DNA of 64,000 nt from Phyllosticta citribraziliensis (Eukaryota), in NCBI RefSeq assembly GCF_038025025.1, contig NW_027117340.1, positions 1,488,001-1,552,000 of the forward strand, written 5' to 3'. Position 1 is the stretch's first letter; each line of letters starts with the position of its first letter. The position numbers were made by a program, and so were the translations under genes. Of the stretch, positions 13,201-27,100 are shown one piece after another. The notes under the pieces are model-generated. The model was not told the DNA's origin. It saw nothing but the letters and a program-made list of their open reading frames with translations, and ran no database searches.

Positions 13201-14127
13201 TAACATTGCGATTTGCTTGTGTAGGTGTATGATTGCGGAGGCTGTACGCCAAACAGCTCGCGATAGTTTTGCGGCGCCGACTTGGTGAACTGATAGAAGA
13301 TGTGGAAGTTGCGCTCGTTCTTAATCTGGCCTACAACTCTTGACTTCTCCAGCAGGTAGTTGTTGATGGTGGCACCAACGGGTTCTCCTTGCGGGTTGAA
13401 CTGGATTTCGAGATATTTGCCGAAGCGCGACGAGTTGTTGTTCCTCAGCGTCTTTGCATTTCCGAATGATTCGAGGAGCGGGTTGGTCGCCAGAACCATG
13501 TCCTTAGTCTCTTGGATCGACGAGTTGGAGCCCCCCGATACGTTTGCAATGTACTGCATTATGCGCTTCGCCGCCTCCGTCTTGCCTGCTCCCGACTCGC
13601 CGGAAATGATGATGCACTGGTTCTCCTTGTAGGCATTCATGTTGTAGTACGACGACTCGGCAATGGCAAAAACGTGCGGAGGCATCTAGAAAACACCGTC
13701 AGCGCCCAATGCGATTGAGACACGTCCATACTCACCTCCAATCTGTTTTTGCCCTTGTAGCTTTCCAGCACCTGCTCAGTGTAAATGCCCAAGTCACGGA
13801 AGGGATTGACCGAGACCAAGACATGACCAATATAGGTGTAGATTTCGGCATTTTCGAAGCGCTTCTTCAGGTTATCGTTGATGGCCTCGTTGGAGATTTT
13901 GCTGATGAGGGTGAGATCCGACACTCCCACCTCCTTCTTCTTGGTCGTTTCGAAGACGGCCTTCTTGGCGAAGCCGCCCTTTCCACCTCCGCCGCCTGCG
14001 GCGGATTGCTTGGAGGCGCCGGCGTCCTTCTTGCGCCCTGCGCGCTTGGTGACAGCCTTGGAAAGTTAGTACGGATTGCGGACAGGTGGTCGTTGGGCGG
14101 GGGCCTGGCGGTCGAGGTAATTACCAT
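10205..14127 (-). CDS. MYO1: Class I myosin (MyoA/Myo3/Myo5 type)
   Basis: Exon 1 contributes only the ATG (14127-14125). Introns 14124-14057, 13735-13686 and 10687-10609. P-loop [36 protein letters not shown]-site [12 protein letters not shown] motifs, TH1, Pro-rich region, SH3 (ALYDF...GWW) and acidic terminus DDNDW. Confidence 0.97.
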
Positions 14128-14754
14128 GGTGGGTCCAAAATGCGCCCTGAAGCGCCGTCAAGTTCTGGTCAGGCAGACGGCAGCTGGGCGCGATGCGGTG
14201 TGGGTTGGACAGGCGGGAGCGGAATCCAGGCCTGTGCAGTCGGGAGGGAGGATGGAGAGGGTATCGCAGGAACGGACGGGTTGCAACGAGAGAGAGTCGA
14301 GGGTGATGGACCAAGGGTGATGTGGTTGGGTACGGAGGGCCAAATGAATGGGGACGAGCGGACGTCACAGCGTAGGTAGGGCAGCGCGGGCGTGAGTGGG
14401 TCCTGCGACTGGAAGCAAAGGTGAGGTGTGGCGGCGTGGCGGTGCATGGATTACGCGCAATCACTCCCAAGCCCCAGCCCCAGCCCAACTCTCACGCTTC
14501 ACTGCATTTTGACGACGACTTGGCATACAAATACTGCTGCTGCCTTTGGTTACAGTAGTTCCTAGGTATCCGCCATCCGAAACGTCCCCTCCCCGCCTGT
14601 ACAGCTTCCTGCTCCGCCCACGGTCTCCAAAACGCCGCATTGAATGCCTCGGTGCTGCTGCCCAAGTCCCGAACTCCTCCGCTAAATGAGCGCAATAATC
14701 GACGCCAAAGAAAAAAAGCCGAGAAAAGACCAACGTCATCTCCAATCCCGATGC

Positions 14755-17440
14755 CTAGACACCCCGAGGATAATCGCCCCCACTGCGCCCAACCGTGATC
14801 CAATCCTGCTTCTTGCCGTCGTCGAGTTGCGGCCCGTTCCACTGGAGCCGATCCGACGACCGTCCAAGCCCGCCTCCACATATCCAGGCATCAACCACCA
14901 TGACTATGAAATCAAGCTTTTCCTTGAGGAGATTTGCTGACGCAAGCGCCTTGATCTCTGCTCCGTTGGCTCCCTGAGCATGCAAAAGAGTCCGCAAAAG
15001 ACACGTCAAAACGTTGCGCTGCCTGATGTATTTGAAAGGAAGCTCTCCAAACTCCGAAAGGTGCTGCGTGGCCTCGAGCGAGAGGCACGTAAAGTTGCAG
15101 AAACAACCGTCTGCTGAAAGTACCAGCTTGGTGTGGTCTGGAAAGTTGAACTGCATGACCGTCAGCACCGCTTCAAAAACGTCACTGTCGCCAGAATACG
15201 AACCTGAAAGGAGCCGTCCGCAAATCCCCAAATCCCCACACTGCCCAGCCGTTGGTAAAACCTAACAAACATGGGCATTTCTTGCTCATCCTGCTCCGTA
15301 TCGTTGCCGACATACTGCTGGCAGAGGTATTTGCCAAATTTGGCCCACAGGATGCCACAGGTCCGTCTCCGTTCTCGCGAGAGCTCCGTCGTGTGAATCC
15401 CGTCGTCACCACAATCTGTGAGGTACGTCATGGGAACTTTGTCCACCGAGCTCGGATCTTTGGAAAGGGATTGCAAATGTTGGAACCCTTTGCGGACGAT
15501 TACATGCGTGACCGGATCACGAGAAGTCGCACTGAGTAGGCAACCGACGTTCCCATCCTCGAGGACGTAACCGACGCCGTGTTTTCTCGAGTAATCGACC
15601 CATTTAGCAACAAACGGAAGTTTGTATGCGCTATTCGGTTTCCTACCAGGAGTAGACCTGCCGGCAAGGGCCCGGGCAATGTTGTCGCGGAATGTGGAAA
15701 CGCGCTCCAGAACCGACGTTGGGTCGCTGCAAGGCACTTCTGAGGACGCAGAAGACCGGGGCGCTGAAGATTTCGGTGCTGAACGTGTTGGGATAGGCTC
15801 TAGAGAGTCGATTCTCTCTGTTCCTTTTCTCTTGGATGGAGGAACGGCCTTTGAAATGGGTTCCAAATCTTCCACTTCTTCCTCCGACGGAGACCTGGCA
15901 GCTCTCCTTCCTATCACAGGTCCTGTTAAGGCAGGATTGGGCTTGACTTCTTTGGACGGCCGCGGGGGCCGTTGTGCACTTACAGTCCGTACCGCCGCCT
16001 GGGTACTCCTGGTCCGCTTGGGTCTTTCCAAAGCCTCACCCGTCTGGAGCGGTTGCGGCGCAACATTCTCTTTGTACAGACCCAGCCTGTTGCCTCTGGT
16101 GGGTGGCTTGTTGAGCGCCGACTGTTTCCTGTCGTTCGCATTGATCTCGGCAAGATATGCTGCATCCTCTTGCGACGATTCCCGCTCCTCTGCGATTTGG
16201 CTCAAGCCTCCGCCAGTGGCATCTTCCCAGTCGTTACGGTCCGGATACGGTACGTAGACCACGTCCGATGGTATCGGCACCACGGGCTGACGACCCAACG
16301 CGAGCTCCTTTTCGCAATCTTTGACGACCGAGCGAATTCTTTTTCCGCCAAGAAGTGGAAATATTTTTCCAGGGGCGTATTCACCAACTCCCGACTCTTT
16401 GCATATCTTGAACCACTCGTCCGTATATCCCCTGGACCTCGTCGACGCTGACAGCGATCTGATGGGGAATTTCGGCGCACCACTCTTGTATTTGGCGTCC
16501 AGTCTTGGCGGCATGTATCCAAGCTTGAAGAAGTCGTGACTGACAATCAGATCAGGGCTTGGGCGGTCATCCTCGTGCACGAGCAGCGATCCTACGAGAT
16601 CCTTGAGCTCTTCGCAAACGTCGCTCCCGATTGTTCCCTCTGGCCAGCTATATTCTCTGTTCTGGAGTTTTCGGTAGATGTCCTCTCGCTTAGGTGCGTG
16701 GAAGGGAGCCCTCCCAATGGCCAGAGTGTATGCGATGATGCCGATTGCCCAAAGATCCACCTTTTCGTTGTGGCCATTGCCCCCCTTGTCCAGGATTTCC
16801 GGGGCCAGATAATTCGGTGTCCCGCACATGGTTGTCCGCCTTGCCCCTAGATCGTTCTGAGACACAAGGACGGCTGCGAGACCAAAGTCGCCCACCTTGA
16901 TGTTCATGTCGGAATCGAGGAACAGGTTGCCCGTCTTCAAGTCGCGATGGATAATGTTACGGTGATGCAGATACTTGACGGCGCCGCAAGTCTGGATCAG
17001 AAATCGCCGTATTTCGGGCATGGTGAAGAACTTGCGCTTCTTGAGCATGTCGGCGAGGGAGCCGTTTTCGCATATTTCGAGGACGACGTAGGTGCTGCTG
17101 TAATAGGAGAAGGCGCGGTAGAATTGGACAATGTTGGGATGCGACAATTTGGAGTGAATCTGGAGCTCCGTGACAAACTAATGACCGGCTGCGTTAATGA
17201 CGCTGCATCTCAGCAAGCCTCCAATTGAGAGAGGTTTACCTTTTGCGCAAGCTTGGCGGGCTCCATTTTGGATTTGACGATTTTAAGGGCAACTATCCTG
17301 CCCGTGGAGCGGCCTTGGTCGAGCACAGTTGCGCGGTGGCATATGGCGAAGCCACCCTTGCCCAACTGTTCAGCGGTATCATACTCGTAGCGCTGGGGCT
17401 CCCGCACCCGCGAAGGCGGCGGATCAGCGTGGACAGACAT
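14755..17440 (-). CDS. CDC5: Polo-like Ser/Thr kinase (Cdc5/Plo1/PlkA family)
   Basis: Probable ATG at 17440; introns 17239-17178 and 15203-15151. Motifs LGKGGFAIC, ALK, HRDLKTGN, GDFGLA, TMCGTPNYLAPE and polo-box FVAKWVDYSRKHGVGY...FQFNFPDHTKLVL. Confidence 0.93.
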
Positions 17441-17522
17441 TTGGTGATGGTGTTGTGGCGGAGAAGGGCGCGGGTAGCGGGACGAGACAGCATGAGAAAA
17501 CAGAGCGGGTGGGTTGATCGCT

Positions 17523-17530
17523 GTAAACAA
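17523..17530 (+). promoter_or_regulatory. Candidate forkhead (Fkh2/Sep1) binding site GTAAACAA upstream of the polo kinase
   Basis: Exact GTAAACAA lies 83 nt upstream of the kinase ATG, in the divergent polo-kinase/OPA3 spacer. Confidence 0.4.
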
Positions 17531-18061
17531 CCGCCGCATAGCAACCGGGCCGCTCACCGCCCTCGGGCAGCTGCCACTCCGCAACGGACGGCAACGGAAC
17601 TGCAACCCAAGTCGTGGCCGGTCCCCGGATCAAGTGAATGTTTGGATTGCTGAAGATGGGCGCTGTGGTATCGTCGTGTGCTAGCTTCTGCTGCTGATGG
17701 AGGAGGACTTGGATCCGTCGGCCAAAGTTTGCTCGCCCCCTTCTCGATGCGCCTTCTGCAAATCGTCGTCGCGTCGCGCCTGGCAGCAGGAGAGACCGGC
17801 TACCTCAAATGCTGCATCGGCGCTTTGGCACGGCACCCACGGCAGTAATGCAGGCCCGAGCACGCTCCGTCAGACCCAGACCCGGACCCGCAACCACGAG
17901 CTCCCACCATGGCGCAGCGTCAGCGACAGGCTTCAAGGCAAGGACCGACTGTCTTGACTCAATCGCCTAGAACCCTGTCTGACGACTTCATGGCCTGCTA
18001 GAACCATTCTTCAACATCCAACCCCGGCGTGCACCGAGTCCCTCCACCAGCCTCAGCAGCC

Positions 18062-18855
18062 ATGTCGCTGAGCCTCAAGATTGGCTCGCTGTTTATAAGG
18101 ACTCTGGCAAAACCGATTGCTGTCAGTGATGTCATCCTGGTAAAGCTTGCATTGTAGCTAACCCATTGCCCCAGAACACCATCAAGCGCAATGCCCGCGA
18201 CCACGAAGCCTTTCGCCGACGATGTGTCCAGCTCGCTCAAGGCTTGCACCGGCTAGACGTGCGGTGGCGCGTCGGCCTGCTCCAAGACCCGGTCGTCATC
18301 GAGAAGCAAATACAACGGGAACTCAAGGAAGCCGAAGCCAAACGCCGCGCTGCCCAAGGCCCAACTGTCAAGACCGAAGCGGAGGCCAAGGCGGACGAGG
18401 AAGCACTCAAAAAGACAAAAGAGCAGCTCATGAAGGAAAAGTCTTCGAGGCCCGTCAAGGTGCGGCCGCTGTCGGAAGCCAAGGCTATTGACATGGGGGC
18501 CACCTTCATATCCGAGACGTTCATGTTCTTGGTTGCCGGTGCCGTCATAGTATTTGAACAGTGGAGATCGAGGAAGAAGGCGAGCGGCCGTCGGGATGAG
18601 GTAGACGACAAGCTTGAGGAGCTCCAGAGCAAGAACCAGGAGCTAAAGGACGAAATCCTCGCGCTGAAGACTCAGATTGCCTCCGTACTTCCTTCAAACA
18701 GCGCCAGGGAAAACAAGGGACCGGCCGTCGAATCGAAATCGCGGCCAGCCAAGACAGAAGAACAGCCTGCAGCTTCTGATGCCTCTGAGAGTAAAACCCG
18801 CGCAGAAGCTAAGCCTGCAGACTCGAAAAATGCCGGATCTGCTCAAAAGCCATGA
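18062..18855 (+). CDS. OPA3: OPA3-like mitochondrial protein
   Basis: MSLSLKIGSLFIRTLAKPIA, intron ~18122-18174, then NTIKRNARDH...VRPLSEAKAIDMGATFISETFMFLVAG...EQWRS followed by a coiled coil. Confidence 0.9.
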
Positions 18856-19339
18856 CAACTCGATTTCTGGATACGCAATTGCACCGACCGACGTCCCTCT
18901 TCGCGTTCAACTATCTCCTCGATACCCGAATTGATCGCGCGACAACACGCGCTGTAGAAAACCTTTTAGAACTTGGGCGTTTGTTGGCAAAACTTGGATT
19001 TTCGTGTGTAATATCTGTCTTTGTATATTGGACCAAAGACTGGACATGGCTCTCAGAGCGTCTCATTTTGTGACAGAGCTCTTATCATGTAGAGAATCAC
19101 TCAATCCGTGCCCTAAGCATCTGACACATGAAGCAGTGTAGGTTGACCCATGGAAGCCGCGTTGACGGTAGGCCACGTGCAGACACGAGAAGCATTTCCT
19201 AGAAGACAGCTTGTGACGAACCGTCAGGGCTGCAGATATCTTACCTTCGCCTGGCAGTTCACACTCTCCTTCTACATCCTCACTGCCCAAGTCAGAGAGC
19301 CACAATCCTAACTACTCAGAGCTTCACCCACAATCCACC

Positions 19340-20147
19340 ATGTTCTGCAGCAGTCTTCGACGCCGTCCGTCAGCTGCCTCAGTCATCCCGGTTGTCACAG
19401 CTTCGACCGGCTGGCGTCTTCAGGGTACGTCAAAATGACGCTCATCAGCAGTCAGCTTGCTCACTCCAGCCAGAGAACGCACTTGAGACCCATGATCTTG
19501 CCGTTCCCTTGCCATCCCAACAAGGCCATCTCCTGGTCCTGCTCCTCTCGCCTCGATCGGTGAAAGCGGACCGCCTTCCATCCACACTCGAGCGAATCCA
19601 TCGCTTTTCGACCTTGAACGGTGGCACTCATGCGGTCATTCTGTTCTTGCTGCACCCTGACGAGGCCCAACGTCAGAGCATCCAACTCACGACTGAAAGA
19701 ATCACGGTCGTGCGTCCCGGCCCGTGCCACGGATCCCATGCTGCCATGGATGCCTACCACCGCCTGAAGGGAGCGTTGGACGACAGCTCGAGCTCGACCC
19801 CGCCAATCCTCCCAGTCCCAGCGATCTCAGGATTGGAGTCACTCTTGGGATCATATATGCGCCACCTCGAGAATCCGCAACCGACTCGTCCACCCAGTCG
19901 CCCTCTCAGCGAGGCAGCACTCGACATTCTCCCGCACTGCACCGCTGGCATCGGACCTCTCCCAGGAGACGCAGTCATTGCCTTGACAGACATGTTTCCT
20001 AGTCTGAAGGACATTGCCGCTGCAGCAACGGCAGACCCGAATGATCCTGCATGCCGGGAGGCCTGGGGAAAGATGGTGGAAGAGATGGGAGAAGAGAATG
20101 CGCAAAACACCATCGACTTTTGGCGCACCGAGTGGGTTGCCGAGTAG
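19340..20147 (+). CDS. Conserved fungal protein; candidate Spo16/ERCC1-like (inactive XPF fold plus helix-hairpin-helix). 5' structure uncertain
   Basis: ORF 19392..20147 contains LLVLLLSP...ERIHRFSTLNGGTHAVILFLL...PILPV...LDILPHCT...LTDMFPSLKDIA...MGEENAQNTIDFW. A possible first exon from ATG 19340 joins via an intron starting GTACGT at ~19425. Confidence 0.55.
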
Positions 20148-21060
20148 CATGCTGGCGAGGAAGTTTGATAATTTCTCAATTCCACGGACATTGGCACAGG
20201 GCCATGGTGGGAGTCGAAGCTATGAAGAATATGCGCAAGTCAACCGATGGAGGAACTGGTCAAGGCCATGATGGAAGTTCAGGTTGAAGTGGGAATTGAG
20301 GCTGTGGACAGGAGTCAAGGGGAGAGGTGCTGGACAGGGAAAACTGAGGGTAGCCAATGAGATGCGTGCAATTGAACGTGTGACGTGGGGGTTACGGCGT
20401 TTTGTTGGTGGTGCTCGGTGAAGTAGAGCCTTGTGCCGTTCTCATTCCAAAGTCTGGGAGCCCATCAGCTGGATTAGACGTGCAGGTGATGATTCCGAGC
20501 ATGAAGTGCCAGACTCAGAGCAAAATGCCCGCGTGAAGCGTTCGGTTGGTGGGCTCCCGTGGTTCCTGTGCTCGTCACCGCCTCACGTGGACCGGCCCCG
20601 GTTGGTTGAGCCCGTTTAGGCAATGCGTCATCGGAGTTTCCTCTGTGCCGAGCGAACGGAATGGCCCGCGCGGTGGATGCGCGACTGGACTCTTTCTACC
20701 ACAAGCTAGCCCACCATTGCTCCAAGCCGCCAACCCAACCTGCACGCCCATACTGACATCGCTACTCAGCGGTCTCTCGCGCATGTACGGGCCCTTGAGA
20801 CTGTCCAGTTAGGGTCGCCACATCCTTTACGCCGGTGACCTCTGTCGCTTTCGACGTCCGGATTCGTTTGCCAGCCCTCGCACACGTCCACACTGCAAGC
20901 TCCAGCACTCGTCAAAACCGCTGCCTCTTGCCTGGCCGAGCTCCGATTCTGGGGGCACATGTCATCCAAAGGCTGACTTTACTCTTTCTTCTCCTATCGA
21001 GACCCTCGTCGCAACGACGTGTGCGCGTCGATCACCACTCTCGACTCCTGTCGCATCGCC

Positions 21061-24000
21061 ATGAATCCAGCGAATCGCGAGAGCTGGCCTCCATCGCATG
21101 CCCAGGGTGGCGCTGGTGCATCTCAAAACAATGAACAGGCGCAGGCGCACGCTTCCCGTCCTATGGGTGGGTTTGGGTAAGCGCTTCCTCTACACACGGT
21201 CAGCTGGGCAGACGCAGCCTGGAGTTTGGATGCTGCAAGACTCGACATCCACACTGGAGCTCGGCAGCTCTTCATGTCATGAAGCTAACGTCGTTGTCCT
21301 GCAGCTCAAACCCTCCCAACCAACAGCCTCCGCAGCAAGTTTCTGCGCAGGGTGGCGGAACTGTCCTTCCTCCTCCCAACGGTAAGCAAAATTGAAGCAC
21401 CACCAGCTATGTTGTTGCATATCCAAATCAAGTCCTAACACCGTCTTTATCCAGCGCCCTTCTTTTCGCCGAATCAACAGTCGGGGCACAACCTGCCCGG
21501 TCTCGCAGGTCTGAACCAATCGTCACAAGCTTCGCCTGCGCAGACGTCACGGTTAACACCCTCCTCTCAAGACCCAGGCGTCGGACCGCAGGCACATCAA
21601 GCCGCGCCGCAAGGGCCTGGATACTCCCTTCCCGGGATCGGTCAAATACAACAGCAGCAGCTGGCCCACGGATCACAGGAGAACACGGAGCGGGGGAGAG
21701 ACATTAGGGACGACAGACGTGCAGAGGAGGCGGTCATGCAGGAGCATCGGGATCGCGAGATCCAAGAGCGCCAGCAAGCCGAGCAGGCCACGCACGAGAA
21801 CCACGCTGGCTCTGTCCACCTGCATCAGCCAGTGGCTGTAGGGCCACAGGTGCGTGCCATGCACGGCCCAAACGGCATACTGGGCAACTCGTCTCAAATG
21901 GGGCCAAACTCCCTCCCATCTTCCATGGCTGGGCCGAACGGACCTGCCGCCATATTTGGCTCTGGTCCTGGTCAACAACAAAATGACGGTGGTCCTCGCA
22001 TGCAACACCCAGTTCAGGGAGCCCAACAAAGCCTCATGGTGCCATTTGGAGGTCCTCCGGGCATGCAACAGTCCTTGGCTATGGGACAAGGACAGCAGCC
22101 CATCCTGAATGTGAGTTGAATCTGCATGCTTGGTTGTGTACAGCCCATACGAGCAAGGTACTAATTTGTCAAAGGACGCGTTGAGCTACCTCGATCAAGT
22201 AAAAGTTCAGTTCCATGACCACCCCGATGTGTACAACAAGTTCTTGGACATCATGAAAGACTTTAAGAGTGGAGCGTGAGTCACCCTTGACACCGTCGTG
22301 AGAAAATTGCTGAAGTGCGAATGGCAGAATTGATACCCCGGGTGTGATCGAGCGTGTTTCGACGCTTTTCGCGGGACATCCGAACCTCATCCAAGGCTTC
22401 AACACGTTTCTTCCACCGGGTTACAAGATTGAGTGTGGAACGGGCGGCGACCCGAATGCAATCAGGGTCACTACGCCAATGGGAACCACGGTGTCTTCGA
22501 TGCCTGTCCCTCGTCCGCTTTCAAATCCTCGCAGTGTGCCAGTCAACGGCGATGGCGCAAATAATGCCGAGAAGCAGTTTTACGAGGCAAACTCTCGCGG
22601 GCCCATAGCGGCGTGGGCCCAGCAATCATCGACTCAGCAACCTCAAGCTCAGCAGCAACCCCAGCAACAGGGGGCAGGTGCAGCGGACGTTTTCAGTCCC
22701 AGTCGCCCGGTTGGACAGGCTCACTTTCCTCCTCAGCAAGGTCAAAGCAACCAAGCGCCAATTTCTCCGGACATGCACGTGCGAGAGCAACAACAAGCTG
22801 CAATGACTGCTGCCGCGCTTGCGCATCAACAAGAGCAGAGAGGTGTGTCCCAGTTGAGCAACGCTGTATCAGCTGCGACGGGCATGCTGAACAGGCCTGA
22901 CCTTATGTCTGCACCAGGTGGAGTCCCCAACCAGATGGGAGGCCAAAACATGAACGGCGTTGGCCCCATGGGCCAGCAAGCTGGCGCACCAGCCGGGCTG
23001 GACAAGAAGGGTCCTGTCGAGTTCAATCACGCGATAAGTTACGTGAACAAGATCAAGGTGCGTATTGAGTTGGAATTGAAATGCTGATGAAGCTAACATA
23101 CGAGCTAGAATCGCTTCGCGACCCAACCCGACATCTACAAGCAATTCTTGGAGATACTCCAGACCTACCAGCGGGAATCGAAACCGATACAAGATGTCTA
23201 CGCTCAGGTCACTCAGCTCTTCAACTCGGCCCCTGATCTGCTCGAGGATTTCAAACAGTTTCTGCCAGAATCCGCTGCTCAGCACCGAGCAGCTCAGGCA
23301 AGACAGCAAGCGGAAGAGCAATACATGTTCAGCAATGTCCGCGGAGAGCCCGGTGGAACTCCTCAAATGCACCATACTCCCAGGAATGAGCAGGGTCCTG
23401 GGCGTTTGCCTCCTGTTGGCAACTTCGCTCCCACTCCAAGCGCAAGTCGCGACAACAAGAGAAAACGGGGTGACAGACAGGGGACTGTAGCCAGCTCAAC
23501 AGTGATGCCGACTTCTATGCCAACGGATGGACCTGCTGGTGGTCAGAGAGGTGGTCTCCCATTGGGAACTGGCATGGCCAAGGTAAGTGTCTTCTTGTTT
23601 GCTCTGACTGAACGCACGGATCAACTTCACTCGGTTTCCCTGCTTTGCTCTGCTTTGCTCTGCTTTGCTCTGCTCTTCATACAACTCCTTGACTACAAAC
23701 GGCCATCTTTACCCACCTTCCCCGAGCCCTCTCACCTCATCTTTCTTCGCGTACACTTCTCATGCCATGCAAGGCTGTGGGCTGCCTGGTTTACTAGACT
23801 TCCAATCCCCCGTGTCCCTTAGCTGCATTTACAGCAGCTCAATCATCGCTAATGCATTTTCCTTCAAAGCGACCCAAGCAACATGGTGCCAAGCAACCAG
23901 GCATCGCCGATGGCCCAGCCGTTTCTCCGACGTTGACTCCTGCTCCACCGGAACCGTTGCCGCCTACGACGACGCTCGCCGCGCAGTCCGACGAGCTTGC

Positions 24001-26554
24001 CTTCTTCGACCGCGTCAAGAAGTACATCAGCAACAAGAACACCATGAACGAGTTCCTCAAGCTGTGCAATCTCTTCTCCAACGATCTCATTGACAAGTCG
24101 CTACTGCTGCACCGTGCGCAGTCCTTCATTGGTGGTAATCCCGAGCTCATGAATTGGTTCCGGAAATTCTTGGAATTCGAAAAGGAAGAAGACAAGCTTG
24201 AGAACCGTCCCAAGCCTCCGAGTGGCCGAGTCGCTCTGTCCAATTGTCGTGGTCTGGGTCCAAGTTACCGCCAGCTGCCTCGTGCGGAGAAGATGCGGCC
24301 TTGCAGTGGTCGCGACGAGCTGTGCCACTCGGTCTTGAACGACGAATGGGCTTCTCATCCAACCTGGGCTTCCGAAGACAGCGGGTTCGTGGCTCACCGC
24401 AAGAATCAGTTTGAAGAAGGCTTGCACAGGATTGAAGAGGAGCGCCATGACTACGATCATACCATTGAAGCATGCGTGCGGACCATTCAACAGCTAGAGC
24501 CCATTGCTCAGCAGCTCATCAACATGAGTCCCGAGGAAAGGATTGCCTTCAAGCTTCCGCCCAACCTAGGCGGCCAGAGCGAGACCATCTTCAAAAGGGT
24601 CATCTACAAGATTTACAATCGCGAGCGGGGTAATGCAGTCATCGAGCATCTCTTTGCCACACCCTATACCGTCATTCCAGTCCTCCTCAATCGTATGAAA
24701 CAAAAATTGGAGGAATGGAAAGCCGCTCAGCGAGAGTGGGAGAAGGTGTGGCGTGAGCAGACCCAGAGGATTTTCTGGAAAAGCTTGGACCATCAGAGCG
24801 CTAGCGCAAAGGCCGCCGACAAGCGTCAATTCCAGGCTAAGACCCTGCAGAACGAGATTCAGGTCAAGTACGAAGAGCAGAAGCGCCAACGCGAGGTGCA
24901 AGGTCTTCCCGTGCCAAAGTATCAGTTCGAATATTCCTTCGGCGATGTTGATGTTCTTCTGGATGCCTCGCGATTGCTCCTGATGCATGCGGAGAACAGC
25001 AACTCTGCCGAATCCCACCGCCTCTACACGTTTGTCAAAGAGTTTGTCCCTCTCTTCTTTGGCTTGGACGCACAAAAGTTTGACCACGCCATTGGGTCTC
25101 CACAATCCGACTACACAGATGACGAGATGGGTGGAACTGAGGAACCTTCGCGTCGCGGATACAAGGTGAATGGGAAGAACCAAGATCTCCGCCGTGGAGT
25201 TCTTGACCCCGGCCGGAGCGGCAAGACTTCTCGCAAAGACGCCGACGACAGCGTCGCCTCTGGCAGCCGCGGTAGCACTCCCGAGGCGGGGTCAGCGGGC
25301 GACGAGGAGATGGCAGATGACGCAGAAGCTCCGCAGACCAGCAATGTTAACTCGGATCGTTGGCTGGAGCACCCCATCGACGGCAATATAATGGACGTCC
25401 AGGACATCGCCCCCGACTGTCCTTACAGGCGGGATACGTATAACATGTACTGCAACCTCCCGATCTATTGCTTCTTCCGGATGTTCGTCATTCTCTACGA
25501 GCGCCTGGCGAATCTCAAAAGAAATGAAGACCAGGTGCATGAGCTCGTCGAGAGGGCGCAACAGACCAAGCCTGCCCTGGATCTCAACCTCATTGACAAG
25601 CGTCCTGAGGACTTCTTCCGCGACACCTCACCGACGGCCAACTTCTATCAGCAGGTCTTGGAAATGTTCATGGACCAGATCAAGGGTGAGATTGAGCTCG
25701 GGCAGATTGAAGAGACGCTCAGACGGTACTACCTCCAAACTGGGTGGCAGCTCTACTCATTTGACAAGCTCCTCAGCTCTTTGGTAAGGTTTGCGATCGC
25801 TCTTCTCAGCAGCGATTCCAAGGACAAGACCTACGACATCTACCAGCTCTTCCGCAAGGACCGTGCTCTGGAGGAGACAACTCACGACGCTGAGCTCAAC
25901 TACCGGAGGACAGTTGAGAAGTACTCGAAGGATGGCGACGTATATAAGATCATTTATGTGAGTCGTGCCTTTTCGGTTGCATTGATCACTTGCTGACGTG
26001 AGCAGAACAAACCGAACTCCATTGCTCGCGTGATGATCTTCAAACGCGAAGAACCCACCTTCGATGCTAAACAGGCCAGCCATGAGCAAAAATGGCGAGC
26101 CTATCTCTCATCCTACACCCGCATCGCTCCAACTGAAGGCGTACCTCATGGTCGTGTTCGGTGGCCGGTCCTTAGACGGGACATTCCTGGCGACGACGAA
26201 GACCATGAGGAACGCTTCGACGAGATCAACCGGAGCCAAGAAAGCCTGGTCATCCGCATCAGTCTGGAAAGGTTCCACATCGTCTTTGAGCCTGGCTCGT
26301 TCGAGTATTTGGTTAAGAACGACCGAGCGCGCAGCGGTGGCAAGGACGGCGCGGCCGAGATGGAGCAGGTCAAGGAAAACCGGTCCAACTTGGCTCACGA
26401 GAAGCTCGTGATGAACAACGCTTGGATGAAGGACCTTGATAAAGACGTCGTCGACTCCCGGAAGGCCAAATTCGTGAAGCTGGTTGAGTCTGGCTCCAAA
26501 GCTGCGGATGGCGAGCCGAAAGGAGACGACGACGTCGAAATGACGAGTTCATGA
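21061..26554 (+). CDS. SIN3: Sin3 transcriptional co-repressor (PAH1-3, HDAC-interaction domain, Sin3 C-terminal domain)
   Basis: ATG at 21061 and about seven introns (starting near 21177, 21382, 22111, 22276, 23058, 23583, 25957). Motifs [10 protein letters not shown]...[37 protein letters not shown]...[14 protein letters not shown]...WASEDSGF and KSLDHQ. Confidence 0.96.
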
Positions 26555-27100
26555 GGTTGGGGTCAAACAGGTCGCTTGTTGTATTACATGATGACAATGG
26601 GCGTCATGGGCGTCGGCGGGCACATGAGGCATGGGTGGTGGACTGCAAATTTACGGCGACGATGGATCAGGATTGATTGGCTGGTTGATGGGAGTCTTCT
26701 TTTTCTTTATCTGTGTGAATTTCACTATCCCCTTTTGGTCCCCACCCCCGTTTCTCCAGATCCCTTGTCCAGGTCTTTTTCACGCCTTTTCTACTCGAGG
26801 TGGCTTGAACCACGGCCTGGGTGGATGGACTGGCTGTAAAATACTGGGTTCGGTTTTGTCTGCGCGTCTGACGCCCAATTGTTTGCACGGGGCGTTTGAA
26901 ATTCAACGATGCATCTGGTAGGTACCGTGTGCCATATTTCGAGTTGCAAGGTTAGGTAATGTAAGTCATCCTGGACTTTGCTCACTGCACAGTTTCTCCT
27001 ACGGCCAATTTCAAAGCATTCGGGTGAGAGATTTCATTGGAGTAGCTTCCGTGGTCTGGTAGTGAGGTTCCTTCAAATCGACCTAGCTTCCTGGTGGCCC

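Noticed and set aside
14125..14127. ATG-only first coding exon and short acidic tail of myosin I
   Set aside because: Start-codon-only exons and a short D-rich-W tail are ordinary in filamentous-fungal genes of this family.
23639..23675. (TGCTTTGCTC)n repeat in the long Sin3 intron
   Set aside because: It is a simple-sequence expansion with no box C/D or H/ACA structure that I could support.
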